Assembly (NCBI GenBank): GCA_021324735.1
Contig: JAJPIO010000009.1
Location: 659,341-723,340 of the forward strand
Direction of reading: 5' to 3'
Source of the DNA: Bacteroidota bacterium
Lineage (GTDB): Bacteria > Bacteroidota > Ignavibacteria > Palsa-1295
Length of the DNA: 64,000 nucleotides
Shown: positions 54,150-64,000 of the stretch, piece by piece
Position numbering within the stretch: the stretch's first letter is position 1
Layout: each line of letters begins with the position of its first letter
Position numbers and translations under genes: made by a program
Notes under the pieces: model-generated
What the model was told of the DNA's origin: nothing
Seen by the model: only the letters and a program-made list of their open reading frames with translations
Databases searched by the model: none

Positions 54150-54599
54150 ACTCAATCCTTTCCTTTGCTCAAAAAAATATCCTGAGATCATCGTTCCTCT
54201 CGCCAATTTAGTATTATATTATTGGTGCGATGATAGGCACCAATACGATTGCATCATGCTAAGCTCGAAAGCCGATCGTTTTGAATTTCGAACACTCGAC
54301 AGAGACCAATTTTGAAATTCAACAATTTGAATCAAAAGAAGCAAAGTTCATGAAAACAAAACTCAATTCTCTCTGACGGAGGTGTACTCGCAAACTCTGT
54401 TCGGGAGATCCCAGAAAAAGATCATTAGACATGGTCTAACCAGCAGTTGGATGAATGCATGGCGTAAGCTAAAGCATACGCCTACGGGCCTATGTGGCGT
54501 AGCTAAAGCATACGTCTACAGCCTACGGACACTATTCTGGTATCGAAACCCGGTACCTGACTCAGGGTCTTCGTAGTTTTGCAAAAACAAATCAACCGA

Positions 54600-55394
54600 A
54601 TGACCGAGACCTCTTTTCAAACGCTAACTTTAAACATCGCTGGGCAAACAGCGGAGATCACCATTAATCGACCGGAGAAATTGAACGCACTTTCGGGCCA
54701 GGTACTCGAAGACCTGCGGCAGGCCGTGAGCCAGATTCGGGAGAATGCGAACCTTCGGGCAGCGATCATCACTGGCTCTGGCGAAAAAGCATTCGTTGCC
54801 GGCGCAGATATCGCGGAGCTATCACGGCTTTCCGGTCACGAAGAAGGTACTGCGTTCGCAGGTAATGGGCAAGATGTCTTTAACCTGATTGAATCATCGC
54901 CTCGTCCTTTTATAGCTGCGGTAAACGGATTCGCATTGGGAGGCGGCTGCGAGTTAGCACTGGCCTGCCATATCCGAGTGTGTTCGGAGAATGCCAGGTT
55001 CGGTCAGCCGGAAGTGAATCTCGGCATCATCCCGGGTTATGGTGGTACGCAACGATTGACGAGAGTCGTCGGGCGCTCCTATGCAGCGGACCTCATCTTA
55101 ACTGGCCGGATGATCGGAGCACAGGAAGCGCTGGCGCAAGGCTTGGTTTCGAGAGTATTGCCACCTGCCGAGCTGATGGCCGCCGCTAGGGAAATTGCAA
55201 CGGCGATCGCTGGCAAGGCGCCATTAGCGATCACCTCGGCCATCGAAGCGATCACAATGGGGATCGAGGAGCCGATCGAATCAGGATTAGACCGTGAAGC
55301 TCAACTCTTCGGAAGGCTGGTAACGACGTCTGACTTTCGGGAAGGTACCGGAGCCTTCCTCGAAAAACGGCAAGCGAAGTTTGCTGGAGAGTGA
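54600..55394 (+). CDS. Enoyl-CoA hydratase/isomerase (crotonase) family protein
   Basis: ORF 54579..55394; the ATG at 54600 is preferred. It has ITINRPEKLNAL, GSGEKAFVAGADI and NGFALGGGCELALACHIRV (crotonase active-site region). Confidence 0.9.
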   Translation: MTETSFQTLTLNIAGQTAEITINRPEKLNALSGQVLEDLRQAVSQIRENANLRAAIITGSGEKAFVAGADIAELSRLSGHEEGTAFAGNGQDVFNLIESSPRPFIAAVNGFALGGGCELALACHIRVCSENARFGQPEVNLGIIPGYGGTQRLTRVVGRSYAADLILTGRMIGAQEALAQGLVSRVLPPAELMAAAREIATAIAGKAPLAITSAIEAITMGIEEPIESGLDREAQLFGRLVTTSDFREGTGAFLEKRQAKFAGE

Positions 55395-55409
55395 AAAGCA
55401 AAGAATAAA

Positions 55410-55805
55410 ATGCCAAGTATTGGGCACATTATCTTCAACATCTCAAACTTCGAACGGTCTGAAGCATTCTATGATAAGGTACTGCTGGGGATCGGCTTTA
55501 CGAGCAACCATCGTGAAGATGGAGATGAGGTGGCCCTGAAATCCTACCGGATGAACGAACACAACATCTGGATAAAATGCGAAAAAGGAGCCGATCATCA
55601 GTCGTTCGTGAGAGATGTAGGCTTGGATCATCTTGCTCTTTTTGTCGAAGATCGGAAGAAGGTCGATGAGATGTACGAAGTGATACAGCAACTGGATGTG
55701 AAAATCACGAGGGAGCCGAGAGAATATCCGGAGTATAGTTCAACCTACTATGCTTTTACGTTTCGAGATCCGGATGGGATACCGTTTGAAATAGCGATCG
55801 AATGA
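55410..55805 (+). CDS. VOC (glyoxalase-like) family protein
   Basis: 131 aa. IGHIIFNISNFERSEAFYDKVL...GLDHLALFV...FRDPDGIPFEI is the VOC pattern. Confidence 0.75.
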   Translation: MPSIGHIIFNISNFERSEAFYDKVLLGIGFTSNHREDGDEVALKSYRMNEHNIWIKCEKGADHQSFVRDVGLDHLALFVEDRKKVDEMYEVIQQLDVKITREPREYPEYSSTYYAFTFRDPDGIPFEIAIE

Positions 55806-55857
55806 GGAAGGGAAGTTGAATCAATAATAAAACGAAGAACAGGGATAGGTCCTCCCG

Positions 55858-56979
55858 ATGAATCAAGAAGAATTTAAATACTACTTAGCGCTCCATTTTA
55901 CGAGCGGCATAGGGTCGCGCCGACTAACAACGCTCGTTCAATACTTCGGCAGTGCCGAGCGGGCATTTACCGCCTCGGCGGGTGAAGTGATGAACGTACC
56001 GGGGTTCGGCAAAGGTACGACCGAGTCGATGGTAATGGACCGTGAAGAAGCGCTCGAGAGGTCGAAGGCGCAATTAAAAAAATTGGAAGACGACACGACG
56101 GTCGTTACCTTCTTCGACGATGGATATCCGGAGCAGTTACGATCGACCTATTCACCGCCGGCGCTCCTCTTCGTCAAAGGCAATGCCGGCCTCTTGATGG
56201 AAGAGCGAATGGTAGCCATCGTTGGTTCGCGAAAGACTTCTGATTATGGTCGCCGAGCGGCGAAAGAGTTTGCTGAAGCTATGGTCGCTGAGCGTGTTAC
56301 GATCGTGAGCGGATTCGCTAAAGGGATCGATACCGCCGCTCACGAAGCAGCGTTTGAATCAGGTGGTAAGACTATAGCCGTCTTAGGTTCAGGCGTTGAT
56401 GTGATCTACCCGTATACGAACAAAGGGCTATCAGAGGAACTGGTGAAAAGCGGAAGAGGGGCAATAGTATCCGAGTTGCCACTCGGTACCAAACCGGACG
56501 CTAAGAATTTTCCATGGCGAAATCGGATCGTGAGTGGTTTGTCGAAGGCAACGTTGATCGTGGAAAGCGAAGTACAAGGCGGCTCGATGATAACAGCCTC
56601 GCTGGCACTGGATGAAAATCGGGACGTCTTTGCAATACCAGGCGATATCTATCGTCCTTCCAGTAGCGGTCCGAACTTCCTCATTCGGGAGAGCCGGGCA
56701 AAGCTTGCTACCAGCGCGGACCAGATCTTATCCGAACTGGGGTGGATCGACCGGCCCGGCGTTACAAAGCGAGCGAAAGAAGTTGATCGCACCGGATTAT
56801 CACTCTTCGAGACGAAAGTAGTGGATGTCCTCGAAGCGGCCGGTGGCCCGCTGCAAGTGGATGCTATCGCCGAGCGAGCGGGCCTGGAAGTTCAGGACCT
56901 TCTGGTGCAGCTATTAGGCTTAGAGTTTAAATCCGTAGTGCGACAAATGGCGGGAAAGCAGTTTATGCTGATCGGATAA
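55858..56979 (+). CDS. dprA: DNA-processing protein DprA
   Basis: 373 aa. It has an N-terminal SAM-like region, the Rossmann core VAIVGSRKTSDYGRRAAKEFAEAM....VTIVSGFAKGIDTAAHEAA...GGKTIAVLGSGVD..YP, and a C-terminal winged-helix-like region. Confidence 0.9.
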   Translation: MNQEEFKYYLALHFTSGIGSRRLTTLVQYFGSAERAFTASAGEVMNVPGFGKGTTESMVMDREEALERSKAQLKKLEDDTTVVTFFDDGYPEQLRSTYSPPALLFVKGNAGLLMEERMVAIVGSRKTSDYGRRAAKEFAEAMVAERVTIVSGFAKGIDTAAHEAAFESGGKTIAVLGSGVDVIYPYTNKGLSEELVKSGRGAIVSELPLGTKPDAKNFPWRNRIVSGLSKATLIVESEVQGGSMITASLALDENRDVFAIPGDIYRPSSSGPNFLIRESRAKLATSADQILSELGWIDRPGVTKRAKEVDRTGLSLFETKVVDVLEAAGGPLQVDAIAERAGLEVQDLLVQLLGLEFKSVVRQMAGKQFMLIG

Positions 56980-57192
56980 TATGCAAATAGCTGAATTATT
57001 TTGAGCGAGTATGAATTTGAAGAACGTTGCAATGCTCGGGGGCATTGCTGTTCTCGCTTAGTTTGCTGTTACGAGGGTCCGTCTTTTCGCGGTCCGTAGT
57101 GGAAATAGATAGTTAGATATGTAAGCGATCGGATCAGGTACGGCAGAAGGGCCTACCGAGGATGCCGGGATCGCAAATCCTTTAGTAGAACA

Positions 57193-57786
57193 GTGTCGGA
57201 TACCATTAAACGAAACGAACTGCTTCACTTCTCGCAAGTTGCCAGGCGAGAGGACGTCTCTATTCTCGAGCCGGAAAAGCGCGCAGAGTTAGTCGAGTCA
57301 TCGCTAACATCGTTGTATCGAATGTCAAACAAAAAGGAGCGTGACGACCTCTTAAGTTTGATGCAGACGATCTTGCGTGACGATCTTTCGATCTCGAACT
57401 ACTTTACGGATACGGCATACGCAGTATGTAACCGGCATCTGGTTATAACATTTGTAAATGAAGTATTTCTGAAACGATCGAATGTCGATGTGGAGGAAAT
57501 ACTCGGGAAATCGCTTTACTACGAACGGGAATACGAGGGAACGCAGATCGAGCAGTTGTACAGCATGGTCATGGAGACCCGAATGATGGCAGATGCCCTC
57601 GTTCGCTATGTTAATACCAGTGCTGGCGGAAGGCTGTACGATGGGTGGTTCGTGCTGGTTGTAATACCGCTCGAGGAAGGTGGTATTGGAGTTCTCAGCC
57701 GCTTTGCAAAACGTCGGGACGATATTGCGAGTGAGATAGATGAATCGCTGCCCGATGCGCCCCGTTATATTGTGTTAAACTCATAG
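57193..57786 (+). CDS. Small cytoplasmic protein with a probable PAS-like domain
   Basis: 197 aa with a GTG start. AVCNRHLVITFVNEVFLKRSNVDVEEILGKSLY......IEQLYSMVMETR has a PAS-like layout. The call is weak. Confidence 0.4.
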   Translation: MSDTIKRNELLHFSQVARREDVSILEPEKRAELVESSLTSLYRMSNKKERDDLLSLMQTILRDDLSISNYFTDTAYAVCNRHLVITFVNEVFLKRSNVDVEEILGKSLYYEREYEGTQIEQLYSMVMETRMMADALVRYVNTSAGGRLYDGWFVLVVIPLEEGGIGVLSRFAKRRDDIASEIDESLPDAPRYIVLNS

Positions 57787-57787
57787 T

Positions 57788-58312
57788 TTGGTTACGATTG
57801 AAAAACGATTCGGTTTGGTAAGTAGAGGATTCTTTTCCCTGCTTCTCCTCTCGCTGCTGGCATCCTGTGGCCGAACGGGACATCCCTTAGAGCGCGTCGA
57901 TCCTGTAGTCCTTCAGTCGAGTCATTTCTCCTGGGACCAGTTTGTGAGTTACATGCAGGGTAGATACATTTTTATTAACGGTTCGATCCGCAATGGAGAG
58001 GCGTATGTGCGCCTATGGCCGGTCTTTATCGAAGGGATCCCAGGATCATTGGAATCTCATCAAGCCAACGGCTCAATGCTTCCGCTTCGCGAATATGAAT
58101 GGTATACGAACGCAGGATTACGAGCGGAAACGGAGGATACGGTCCGGCAATCGGACCTCAGCATCGAAAGAACCTCTCCATGGTCGCAGGATGTAGTGCT
58201 TCGAGTGTTACTCGAGCGGATGCAGGCACGCTATTCGACCAATAATGTAAAAGGAGTCACCCTGAGTAAGGGAGGCGGCGATTCGGTGAAAATATCGATC
58301 GCCAGCGAGTAA
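57788..58312 (+). CDS. Hypothetical lipoprotein
   Basis: 174 aa with a TTG start and lipobox LLLLSLLASCGR. It lies 1 nt after the previous stop. No known motif. Confidence 0.5.
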   Translation: MVTIEKRFGLVSRGFFSLLLLSLLASCGRTGHPLERVDPVVLQSSHFSWDQFVSYMQGRYIFINGSIRNGEAYVRLWPVFIEGIPGSLESHQANGSMLPLREYEWYTNAGLRAETEDTVRQSDLSIERTSPWSQDVVLRVLLERMQARYSTNNVKGVTLSKGGGDSVKISIASE

Positions 58313-59623
58313 TTACTTTCGTCGGAAAATGAAGGAAACCGGTACTCCTTCGAATCCGAAATGATCGCGAAGCTGGTGTTCGAGGAAGCGTTTATAGGAG
58401 TCTGGAATGAGGTCTGGGAAATTTGAGAAGAAGGCGAAGACCGGTGGTTCGGTCTTTACCTGAGTGATGTAGTTAATGCGGAGATCGTGGCCGCGAACGG
58501 AGGGTGGTGGTGTTTTGGAAATATCCTCTAACAAAGCGCCATTTAATTCGCTGGTGTCGATACGGCTTTTCCGCGCTTCGTAGACCTGAATGGCGAGTTC
58601 CAAAGGTTTAGTGTGCCGTTGGTGAGTCAAAGCACTGATAAAAACGATAGGGACATACTCGAAGCTTTTGAATTGTTCGCGAAGACGCTTCTCGAAATTG
58701 ACGGCGGTCATTGTATCTTTTTCAAGAGCGTCCCATTTATTGACTACAATAACGGCGCCTTTGCGCGCTTCCAGAACTTCGTTCACGATCTTCGCATCCT
58801 GGTTTTCGAGGCCTTGTGTGGCGTCAATAAGGATCAATGCGACATCACATTCTTCGATCGCCTTCATTGTACGGATGGCGGAGTACAACTCGATCGCATC
58901 CGAAACGTACTTTTTGCGACGCAGGCCGGCAGTATCGATGAGCGTTATCGTTTTACCGTAATAAGTGTAATCGGTATGTAGCGTATCGCGTGTCGTACCG
59001 GCGATCGGCGTTACGATCGCGCGATCGTAGCCAAGCAGGGCATTAAGATAACTGGATTTCCCAACATTCGGCTTGCCGACGATCGCAAGCTTCATCGGTT
59101 GTTCGAGTTCGGGCTCGGAAGACGGTGCTGGAAACTTCGCTAATAAAAGGTCAAGGAAATCAGCAACGCCGCGGCCATTGATCGCGCTGATCGTTATTGG
59201 TTCACCCAGACCTAAGCCGTAGAACTCACTGGCTGCCGTTGTTTCGCGTGCTTCATTATCGGTCTTATTAACTAGGAGGAATAGTGGCTTACCGGATCGG
59301 CGCAGCATTCCGGCTACTTCTTCATCGAGTGGATGAAGCCCACCCACACCGTCAACGACAAAAAGAATTACATCGGCTTCTTCAATAGCAAGCTCAGCCT
59401 GCTCGGTAATTGCCCGTTCAAAAAGATCTTCAGAACCGGGTACGACGCCCCCCGTATCGATCACATTGTATTCACGGCCGGACCACTCCGCACGAGCATA
59501 GTGCCGATCACGAGTGACGCCAGGAGTCGATTCCGTAATGGCACGGCGCTGTCCTAACAGCCGATTGAATAATGTCGACTTACCAACATTCGGACGACCG
59601 ACAATTGCTACGATGGGAAGCAC
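58313..59623 (-). CDS. der: Ribosome-associated GTPase Der (EngA)
   Basis: 436 aa. It has two tandem G domains (GRPNVGKSTLFN...DTGG...NKTD; GKPNVGKSSYLN...DTAG...NKWD) and a C-terminal KH-like domain. Confidence 0.93.
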   Translation of the reverse strand: MLPIVAIVGRPNVGKSTLFNRLLGQRRAITESTPGVTRDRHYARAEWSGREYNVIDTGGVVPGSEDLFERAITEQAELAIEEADVILFVVDGVGGLHPLDEEVAGMLRRSGKPLFLLVNKTDNEARETTAASEFYGLGLGEPITISAINGRGVADFLDLLLAKFPAPSSEPELEQPMKLAIVGKPNVGKSSYLNALLGYDRAIVTPIAGTTRDTLHTDYTYYGKTITLIDTAGLRRKKYVSDAIELYSAIRTMKAIEECDVALILIDATQGLENQDAKIVNEVLEARKGAVIVVNKWDALEKDTMTAVNFEKRLREQFKSFEYVPIVFISALTHQRHTKPLELAIQVYEARKSRIDTSELNGALLEDISKTPPPSVRGHDLRINYITQVKTEPPVFAFFSNFPDLIPDSYKRFLEHQLRDHFGFEGVPVSFIFRRK

Positions 59624-59719
59624 TCTGGTGTAAGAAAAATAGTAACTGGAAAGAGCCGCAGGCTGATTTTACGCGTGGTCAAACAGCCTCGGCGGAAGTT
59701 TAAGTGCAATCCCTAACTA

Positions 59720-60667
59720 TTAATTTTCCAGCCCGCGAAGGAAAGCTTGGCCTTCTTCCGCATTTGGAGCGAGGATCCGCATAAACCCTTCGAACGCTTG
59801 GCGGGCAATGCTATCGCCGCGCTCGGTAAATACGATAATAAGGTTACGGATCATTCGGAGTAAAATAGCGCGTGGTGGTGAAGGTTCGAGAAATTGCCGA
59901 TTGAACGGAAGACCCGAGGAGTCCAGATAATGCTTAATGTCCCGTTCGCGAAGTATAATGCCGCTATTAAACGCATCGATAAAGAGCGGCTCAGTACGAA
60001 GGCCATCATAGCGGACAAGAAAATGGCCAGGTGCGCTGGCGCCGCTAAAGGGAAGGCCGAGACGCGACCGGACAACAAGAAGGTAAACGGTTGCAAGAGA
60101 AATAGGGATGCCGGTACGACGCTCCATCACTCGGTCGATGTAGCTATTCTCTGGCTCCATAAATTTCGATTGATTGCCGCGGAAGCGAAGATCTTCGAAG
60201 AAGAAGTGATTTACCTCGTCCAGGATTTCGAGTGAAGAGGATAAGCTGGCAAGACGATAATTCAGCATGTGAGCAAAATCATCGATCTCCGATCGAACTC
60301 GTTCTACATCGAGCGTAGGATTTCCGTAGCGAGCAATGAGGAAAATTCCATCTTCGAACGCGGTTCTTGCACCTTCCGCCAATTGCACGCTGAGCGTTTC
60401 AAACTCCCGTGTAAGAATTGCGATATTGGATTCTTCCGCGATCCGTTTTGCGCGTTCGCGTGCCAGTGGATCGATCGCCTGTTCGGCAAACGTAGCGAGC
60501 GGTCGTATTGCAATGCTGCCACGTTGTTTAAGCCGCTCAATCACAGCCTGCGCAATACGTTCGTCCGGGTCATCCAGAAGAGCGAATAACGAACGAAGTT
60601 CGGCATCCGGCTCCTCGGAAATTGCCGGTTGAATTAAAAATGGATCTATTGGAACGGCTTCCTTCAT
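59720..60667 (-). CDS. SirB1/transglutaminase-like (Transglut_core2) plus TPR-like protein
   Basis: 315 aa. RRTGIPISLATVYLLVVRSRLGLPFSGASAPGHFLVRY resembles the G.PisLa.vy..va.rlGlp..gv..PgHfl.r motif of SirB1-family proteins. Confidence 0.45.
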   Translation of the reverse strand: MKEAVPIDPFLIQPAISEEPDAELRSLFALLDDPDERIAQAVIERLKQRGSIAIRPLATFAEQAIDPLARERAKRIAEESNIAILTREFETLSVQLAEGARTAFEDGIFLIARYGNPTLDVERVRSEIDDFAHMLNYRLASLSSSLEILDEVNHFFFEDLRFRGNQSKFMEPENSYIDRVMERRTGIPISLATVYLLVVRSRLGLPFSGASAPGHFLVRYDGLRTEPLFIDAFNSGIILRERDIKHYLDSSGLPFNRQFLEPSPPRAILLRMIRNLIIVFTERGDSIARQAFEGFMRILAPNAEEGQAFLRGLEN

Positions 60668-60772
60668 CAGCGCATCTAAACAAGACCGGATGGTAAATGA
60701 AATCCAGTAAAATTGGGATGGGAAAGGGGAGAACTGTGTCCCACCTGCCCAGAACTGCTATTTTTGCCGTGA

Positions 60773-62836
60773 ATGCGCTGCTCTGTCTCCATTGTGATCC
60801 TCATTCTTATTTCGACGGGATTACTCCGCGCTCAAAATTTTACGGATACTACTGGGTATTCGATCCATATTGATTCCAATCGGGTGAACGGTGCGCGACT
60901 TTCCTTCGATCATCTTCTCTCGATCTATGAGTGGAATACCCATGTTGATTACATCCCAGGTTTTATCGGCGAGCACCTATGGAATTCCGGAAGCCTTGAT
61001 ACGCTGCAATTATCAGCCAGTTCACGTTTCCTTCAGGATAATTCAATTACCAGCACTTCCGCCTCGGGTTATTTGTGGGCTGATCTGCCGTCGGCAGTTG
61101 AAGATATACGGCCCTTTGCTTCCGTATTCGCCAGTTCCTATGTGACCACTGGTTTACCCGGTAGTGCGGCGGCGCGATTGATCACTAAGCAAGTAGATGG
61201 GTTTGGAATTGCCGGATTGCATTACTCTGATAATAGCCTCGATGTTTCCGCGGGAGGTGGTTTTGCCCATGAAGCCCAGCAGTCCATCAGTGCAGCCGGA
61301 GGAGTGCTGCGCGGCACCTTGGGAATGCCCTCCCAATTTGTCGGCGGGGCTACTCAATTCGGGGCAGATGCTGTGATCGACGAGCGTTTTTTCCACGAGC
61401 GTTCCGAGCGCTATTCCAACGATCAAGCCAATTTTTCTGTCGCAAGCGGGTTGCTCGCTCAAGGTATTTCGAGTCTCGACTCGAATCACGCCTTTCTGGG
61501 CCTAAGTTTGCAGCGGCGAGATTTCTTCTTTACTACCGATTCCACAACCAATACGGTAAAACAAGAGCGTACCGAACTTGCACTTTCGCTTCGCGATTCG
61601 CTGACGTATCCGATCGCTACCGACGCTGTTCGAGGAACGGTCGATTTTGAATTCGAACCTCGGGCCATTACGCGCAAAAGCGATATATCTTCCAGCGCGC
61701 TGACGACCAGTACGTTCTCTGCGTTATCGAGTCTTCTTGTTCCTAACCAGGTGACGGGTTTGCATTTGGCAGGTTATGGTCGTCTTGACGCCGACATTAC
61801 TCGAACGTTGAGCGCCGCTGCAAGAATGAGTTATGATGAGAAAAGCGAGAATGTAACGCTTCTTTCCGATCAACTGGGTGGATTAGATCCTTCGCTCATA
61901 ACCAAATTTTCAGAGACCCTGGATGAAGCCAGTTATTCTGCCCGCACTACGTTAGCTGGGTTCTCTATGCGGTGGTTGGCAGGATTTCGTGATAGTGTAA
62001 GATTGGACATTAGCGAGCGTTTGTTAAATTATGATACCCCAAGCCCTCTTAATACCGACGATCACGATGAACTTATTTCGAGCGGTATCCTCAATTATGA
62101 CCATGCGTTCAACGATCTTTTAGCAAGCGGACTTGGTCTTCGTGCAACGCGGACGCATCTCGTGTATCTCAAAGCCGATCGCAGCGCACAAAATGACGTC
62201 GTTCAATCGCTTGCGTTATCGAGCTATGCGAATTACTTTTCTCCCAGCGTAATGGCTACGGCAACGGGAGAAGTTTTTGCGACGTATACCACGCTGGATT
62301 ATCTCGATTCCGTGCCAATTTTACAAGGAGTTGGAAATTATCTTCTTCGTGGAATTACGCTGACAGATTCCCTTAGTGTTTCGACCGGCCTGCGACCTTT
62401 TTCCTCAGCCGGATCCATAACGTTCGAGGAAGGTGCTACACTGCGTACGAGCGAGCGTGGTAGCTATAATGTTTCGGCGTTTAGTGAGCGGCGTGATACA
62501 AGGATCACCGAAATAAGTGGCTCCCTGTTGTTGGGGCTTGCTTCCTTTCAGGGAGCTGCGCCATGGCGAGTTCGTGCCGGTGTTCGAGGATTCCTTATGA
62601 GCCGTTACGGACACAATGAAACATCGCTTACGACATCGCAATCGTTTGAAGAATTAGAACGCCAAAGCAGAATTGGTCCTGTTCTTCTTGTTTCTCTTTT
62701 TCGGGCAAGTGGTAAAGGACCGTCTCTTTTTGGTTCAATGTGGTATGCTGTGATCAAAGACGAGACCTTCGATACACCATCGGTTACAAGGACGCCACAA
62801 CTCGAAAGCCACCTGGCAGTCCAATGGACGTTTTAG
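60773..62836 (+). CDS. Large predicted outer-membrane beta-barrel protein (unknown family)
   Basis: 687 aa. Signal peptide MRCSVSIVILILISTGLLRAQ, Ser/Thr/Gly-rich alternating strands throughout, and a terminal ..LAVQWTF (aromatic C-terminus). Confidence 0.55.
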   Translation: MRCSVSIVILILISTGLLRAQNFTDTTGYSIHIDSNRVNGARLSFDHLLSIYEWNTHVDYIPGFIGEHLWNSGSLDTLQLSASSRFLQDNSITSTSASGYLWADLPSAVEDIRPFASVFASSYVTTGLPGSAAARLITKQVDGFGIAGLHYSDNSLDVSAGGGFAHEAQQSISAAGGVLRGTLGMPSQFVGGATQFGADAVIDERFFHERSERYSNDQANFSVASGLLAQGISSLDSNHAFLGLSLQRRDFFFTTDSTTNTVKQERTELALSLRDSLTYPIATDAVRGTVDFEFEPRAITRKSDISSSALTTSTFSALSSLLVPNQVTGLHLAGYGRLDADITRTLSAAARMSYDEKSENVTLLSDQLGGLDPSLITKFSETLDEASYSARTTLAGFSMRWLAGFRDSVRLDISERLLNYDTPSPLNTDDHDELISSGILNYDHAFNDLLASGLGLRATRTHLVYLKADRSAQNDVVQSLALSSYANYFSPSVMATATGEVFATYTTLDYLDSVPILQGVGNYLLRGITLTDSLSVSTGLRPFSSAGSITFEEGATLRTSERGSYNVSAFSERRDTRITEISGSLLLGLASFQGAAPWRVRAGVRGFLMSRYGHNETSLTTSQSFEELERQSRIGPVLLVSLFRASGKGPSLFGSMWYAVIKDETFDTPSVTRTPQLESHLAVQWTF

Positions 62837-62877
62837 TTCAAGCATTTGTGCTTTTCCATTCGTATATTGCAAGTCCT

Positions 62878-63567
62878 ATGTGTAAAAAATTCTTTGTTCC
62901 TGCTGTTCTTTTACTGCTTCTCTTCATTGCTCCCACCCTGCGTGCACAGTATTCCAGTACCTGGCTTGGTATCCGTGCTGGTGCCAGTTTGGCTGGAATG
63001 TCCTTCGATTCCATACCGGATGGTGCTTCGACAGGTTTGAAATTTGGTGTACTTGGCGGACTAACGTTAGAGCATTGGTTCGATGAGTCGTGGGCTATTA
63101 ATATTGGAGCGCAATACGTGCAAAAAGGTATCCATGAGGAGTATGCGCAGCATTCTCTTGCACGTCCGCTCACGCAATATGGCAATGATGATTTTAGCCT
63201 GGGGTATATCGAAGTCCCCGTGACCGTAAAGATGGCGTTCGGTACGAACGATTTCCGTCCATACGCGTTTGTCGGGCCATCCTTCGGATTTCTGATGAGT
63301 GCGTCAGAAACGGTCGATGGGACGATCACTCCGATCACCGATCTCAAATCGAATTTGCAGAGTATGGATATTTCTCTCTACTTCGGTCTGGGATTGATGG
63401 ACCGAGTCTATCAGGGACCGACCTACTTTTTCGATGCGGGATATGCTGCCGGGCTAACGAAAATATTTAAGAGCGCTCCCAGCCGCGATTTTCAAAATCC
63501 GATCGATCCTTCCACGGCTAAGTCCTCAAATTTCCGACTGACCATGGGTGCCATGTGGCAGATATAA
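62878..63567 (+). CDS. Small outer-membrane beta-barrel protein (OMP_b-brl_2 / PorT-like porin family)
   Basis: ORF 62740..63567; the ATG at 62878 gives MCKKFFVPAVLLLLLFIAPTLRAQ. LGIRAGASLAGMS, FGVLGGL, YVQKG, LGYIEVPVTVKMAF and PYAFVGPSFGFL fit the PF13568-type pattern. Confidence 0.65.
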   Translation: MCKKFFVPAVLLLLLFIAPTLRAQYSSTWLGIRAGASLAGMSFDSIPDGASTGLKFGVLGGLTLEHWFDESWAINIGAQYVQKGIHEEYAQHSLARPLTQYGNDDFSLGYIEVPVTVKMAFGTNDFRPYAFVGPSFGFLMSASETVDGTITPITDLKSNLQSMDISLYFGLGLMDRVYQGPTYFFDAGYAAGLTKIFKSAPSRDFQNPIDPSTAKSSNFRLTMGAMWQI

Positions 63568-63631
63568 TGGAATAATAGCGAGGGGACATTAAGACGAACT
63601 AAGTCTGGAAAGCGAGCATTGTCCTCTCTAT

Positions 63632-64000
63632 ATGAGATCGTTCGTTCTTCCTTTGTTTCTTGTCGCCATTGTCTGTTCTCCGGCTGCCGGGCAAACCGCT
63701 ACGAAAATATCGAAAGGCCGTGCGGCGGTTGAGGCTGCGTATCAATACCAAAATAAGCTTGCCGATAGCACTGTTACCATCGGTCAGGTGATACAAAACT
63801 GGAGCGTGGTTGCCTCCACTCCCGACGTGCAGAAAGACCCGGATGCTTTAGCGATCGCGTATGGTTGCGAAGGGCTTTTGGAAGTGCAGACCGGTGATCT
63901 GAATAAAGCCGATTCATTGCTTCAAAAAGCGATGCCTCTCTTCCGCATCCGGCAATCCAAGTCTTCGTTTTTGGTCGCATATGCAGAAGTCGAGCGAGCG
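63632..64000 (+). CDS. Secreted hypothetical protein, N-terminal part (runs off window)
   Basis: Open-ended, so not in the ORF track. Manual translation from ATG 63632 is stop-free to 64000: MRSFVLPLFLVAIVCSPAAGQTATKISKGRAAVEAAYQYQNKL... Confidence 0.5.
   Translation, partial: MRSFVLPLFLVAIVCSPAAGQTATKISKGRAAVEAAYQYQNKLADSTVTIGQVIQNWSVVASTPDVQKDPDALAIAYGCEGLLEVQTGDLNKADSLLQKAMPLFRIRQSKSSFLVAYAEVERA

Noticed and set aside
54382-54576. 64-aa ORF upstream of the crotonase gene
   Set aside because: It is composed largely of the duplicated hairpin sequence and has a GTG start and no motifs. It is more plausibly non-coding regulatory DNA.

Overview
The window appears to be chromosomal DNA from a type IX secretion (T9SS)-bearing member of the FCB superphylum (Ignavibacteria/Kapabacteria/Chlorobi-like). 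That placement is inferred only from gene content: several Por-type C-terminal sorting tails, a GWxTD protein, and PorE-like and DUF4835/PorD-like genes. All family assignments come from motif recognition in the supplied translations. No database search was run. I call about 50 CDS and one tRNA-Glu(CUC). Housekeeping genes include rimO, der, lpxD, coaE, dprA, bamA, an M3 oligoendopeptidase, a PpiD-like chaperone, an Mpg glycosylase and a crotonase. The cell-envelope content is unusually dense. It includes two BamA-family genes, two OmpA-family proteins, at least three small or large beta-barrels, GT9 and GT-C glycosyltransferases, and five predicted T9SS cargo proteins. No transposase, integrase, CRISPR array, rRNA or recognisable defence gene is visible. 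Four things stand out. (1) A 23S-IVS/Avd-type four-helix-bundle gene is bracketed by inverted arrays of a 7-bp tandem repeat, and remnants of the same heptamer occur elsewhere. (2) A plus-strand locus (24.4-35.1 kb) encodes a PorE-like OmpA/PD40 protein, a small beta-barrel and two tandem ~1300-aa paralogous T9SS cargo proteins of unknown family. A lamin-tail-domain protein converges on it. (3) An intergenic repeat family built from GATT motifs at 9-10 bp spacing occurs as a 107-bp tandem duplication at 1.7 kb and again at 22.2 kb. (4) Several adjacent paralogous or domain-sharing hypothetical lipoproteins are present. None of these can be assigned a function from sequence alone.
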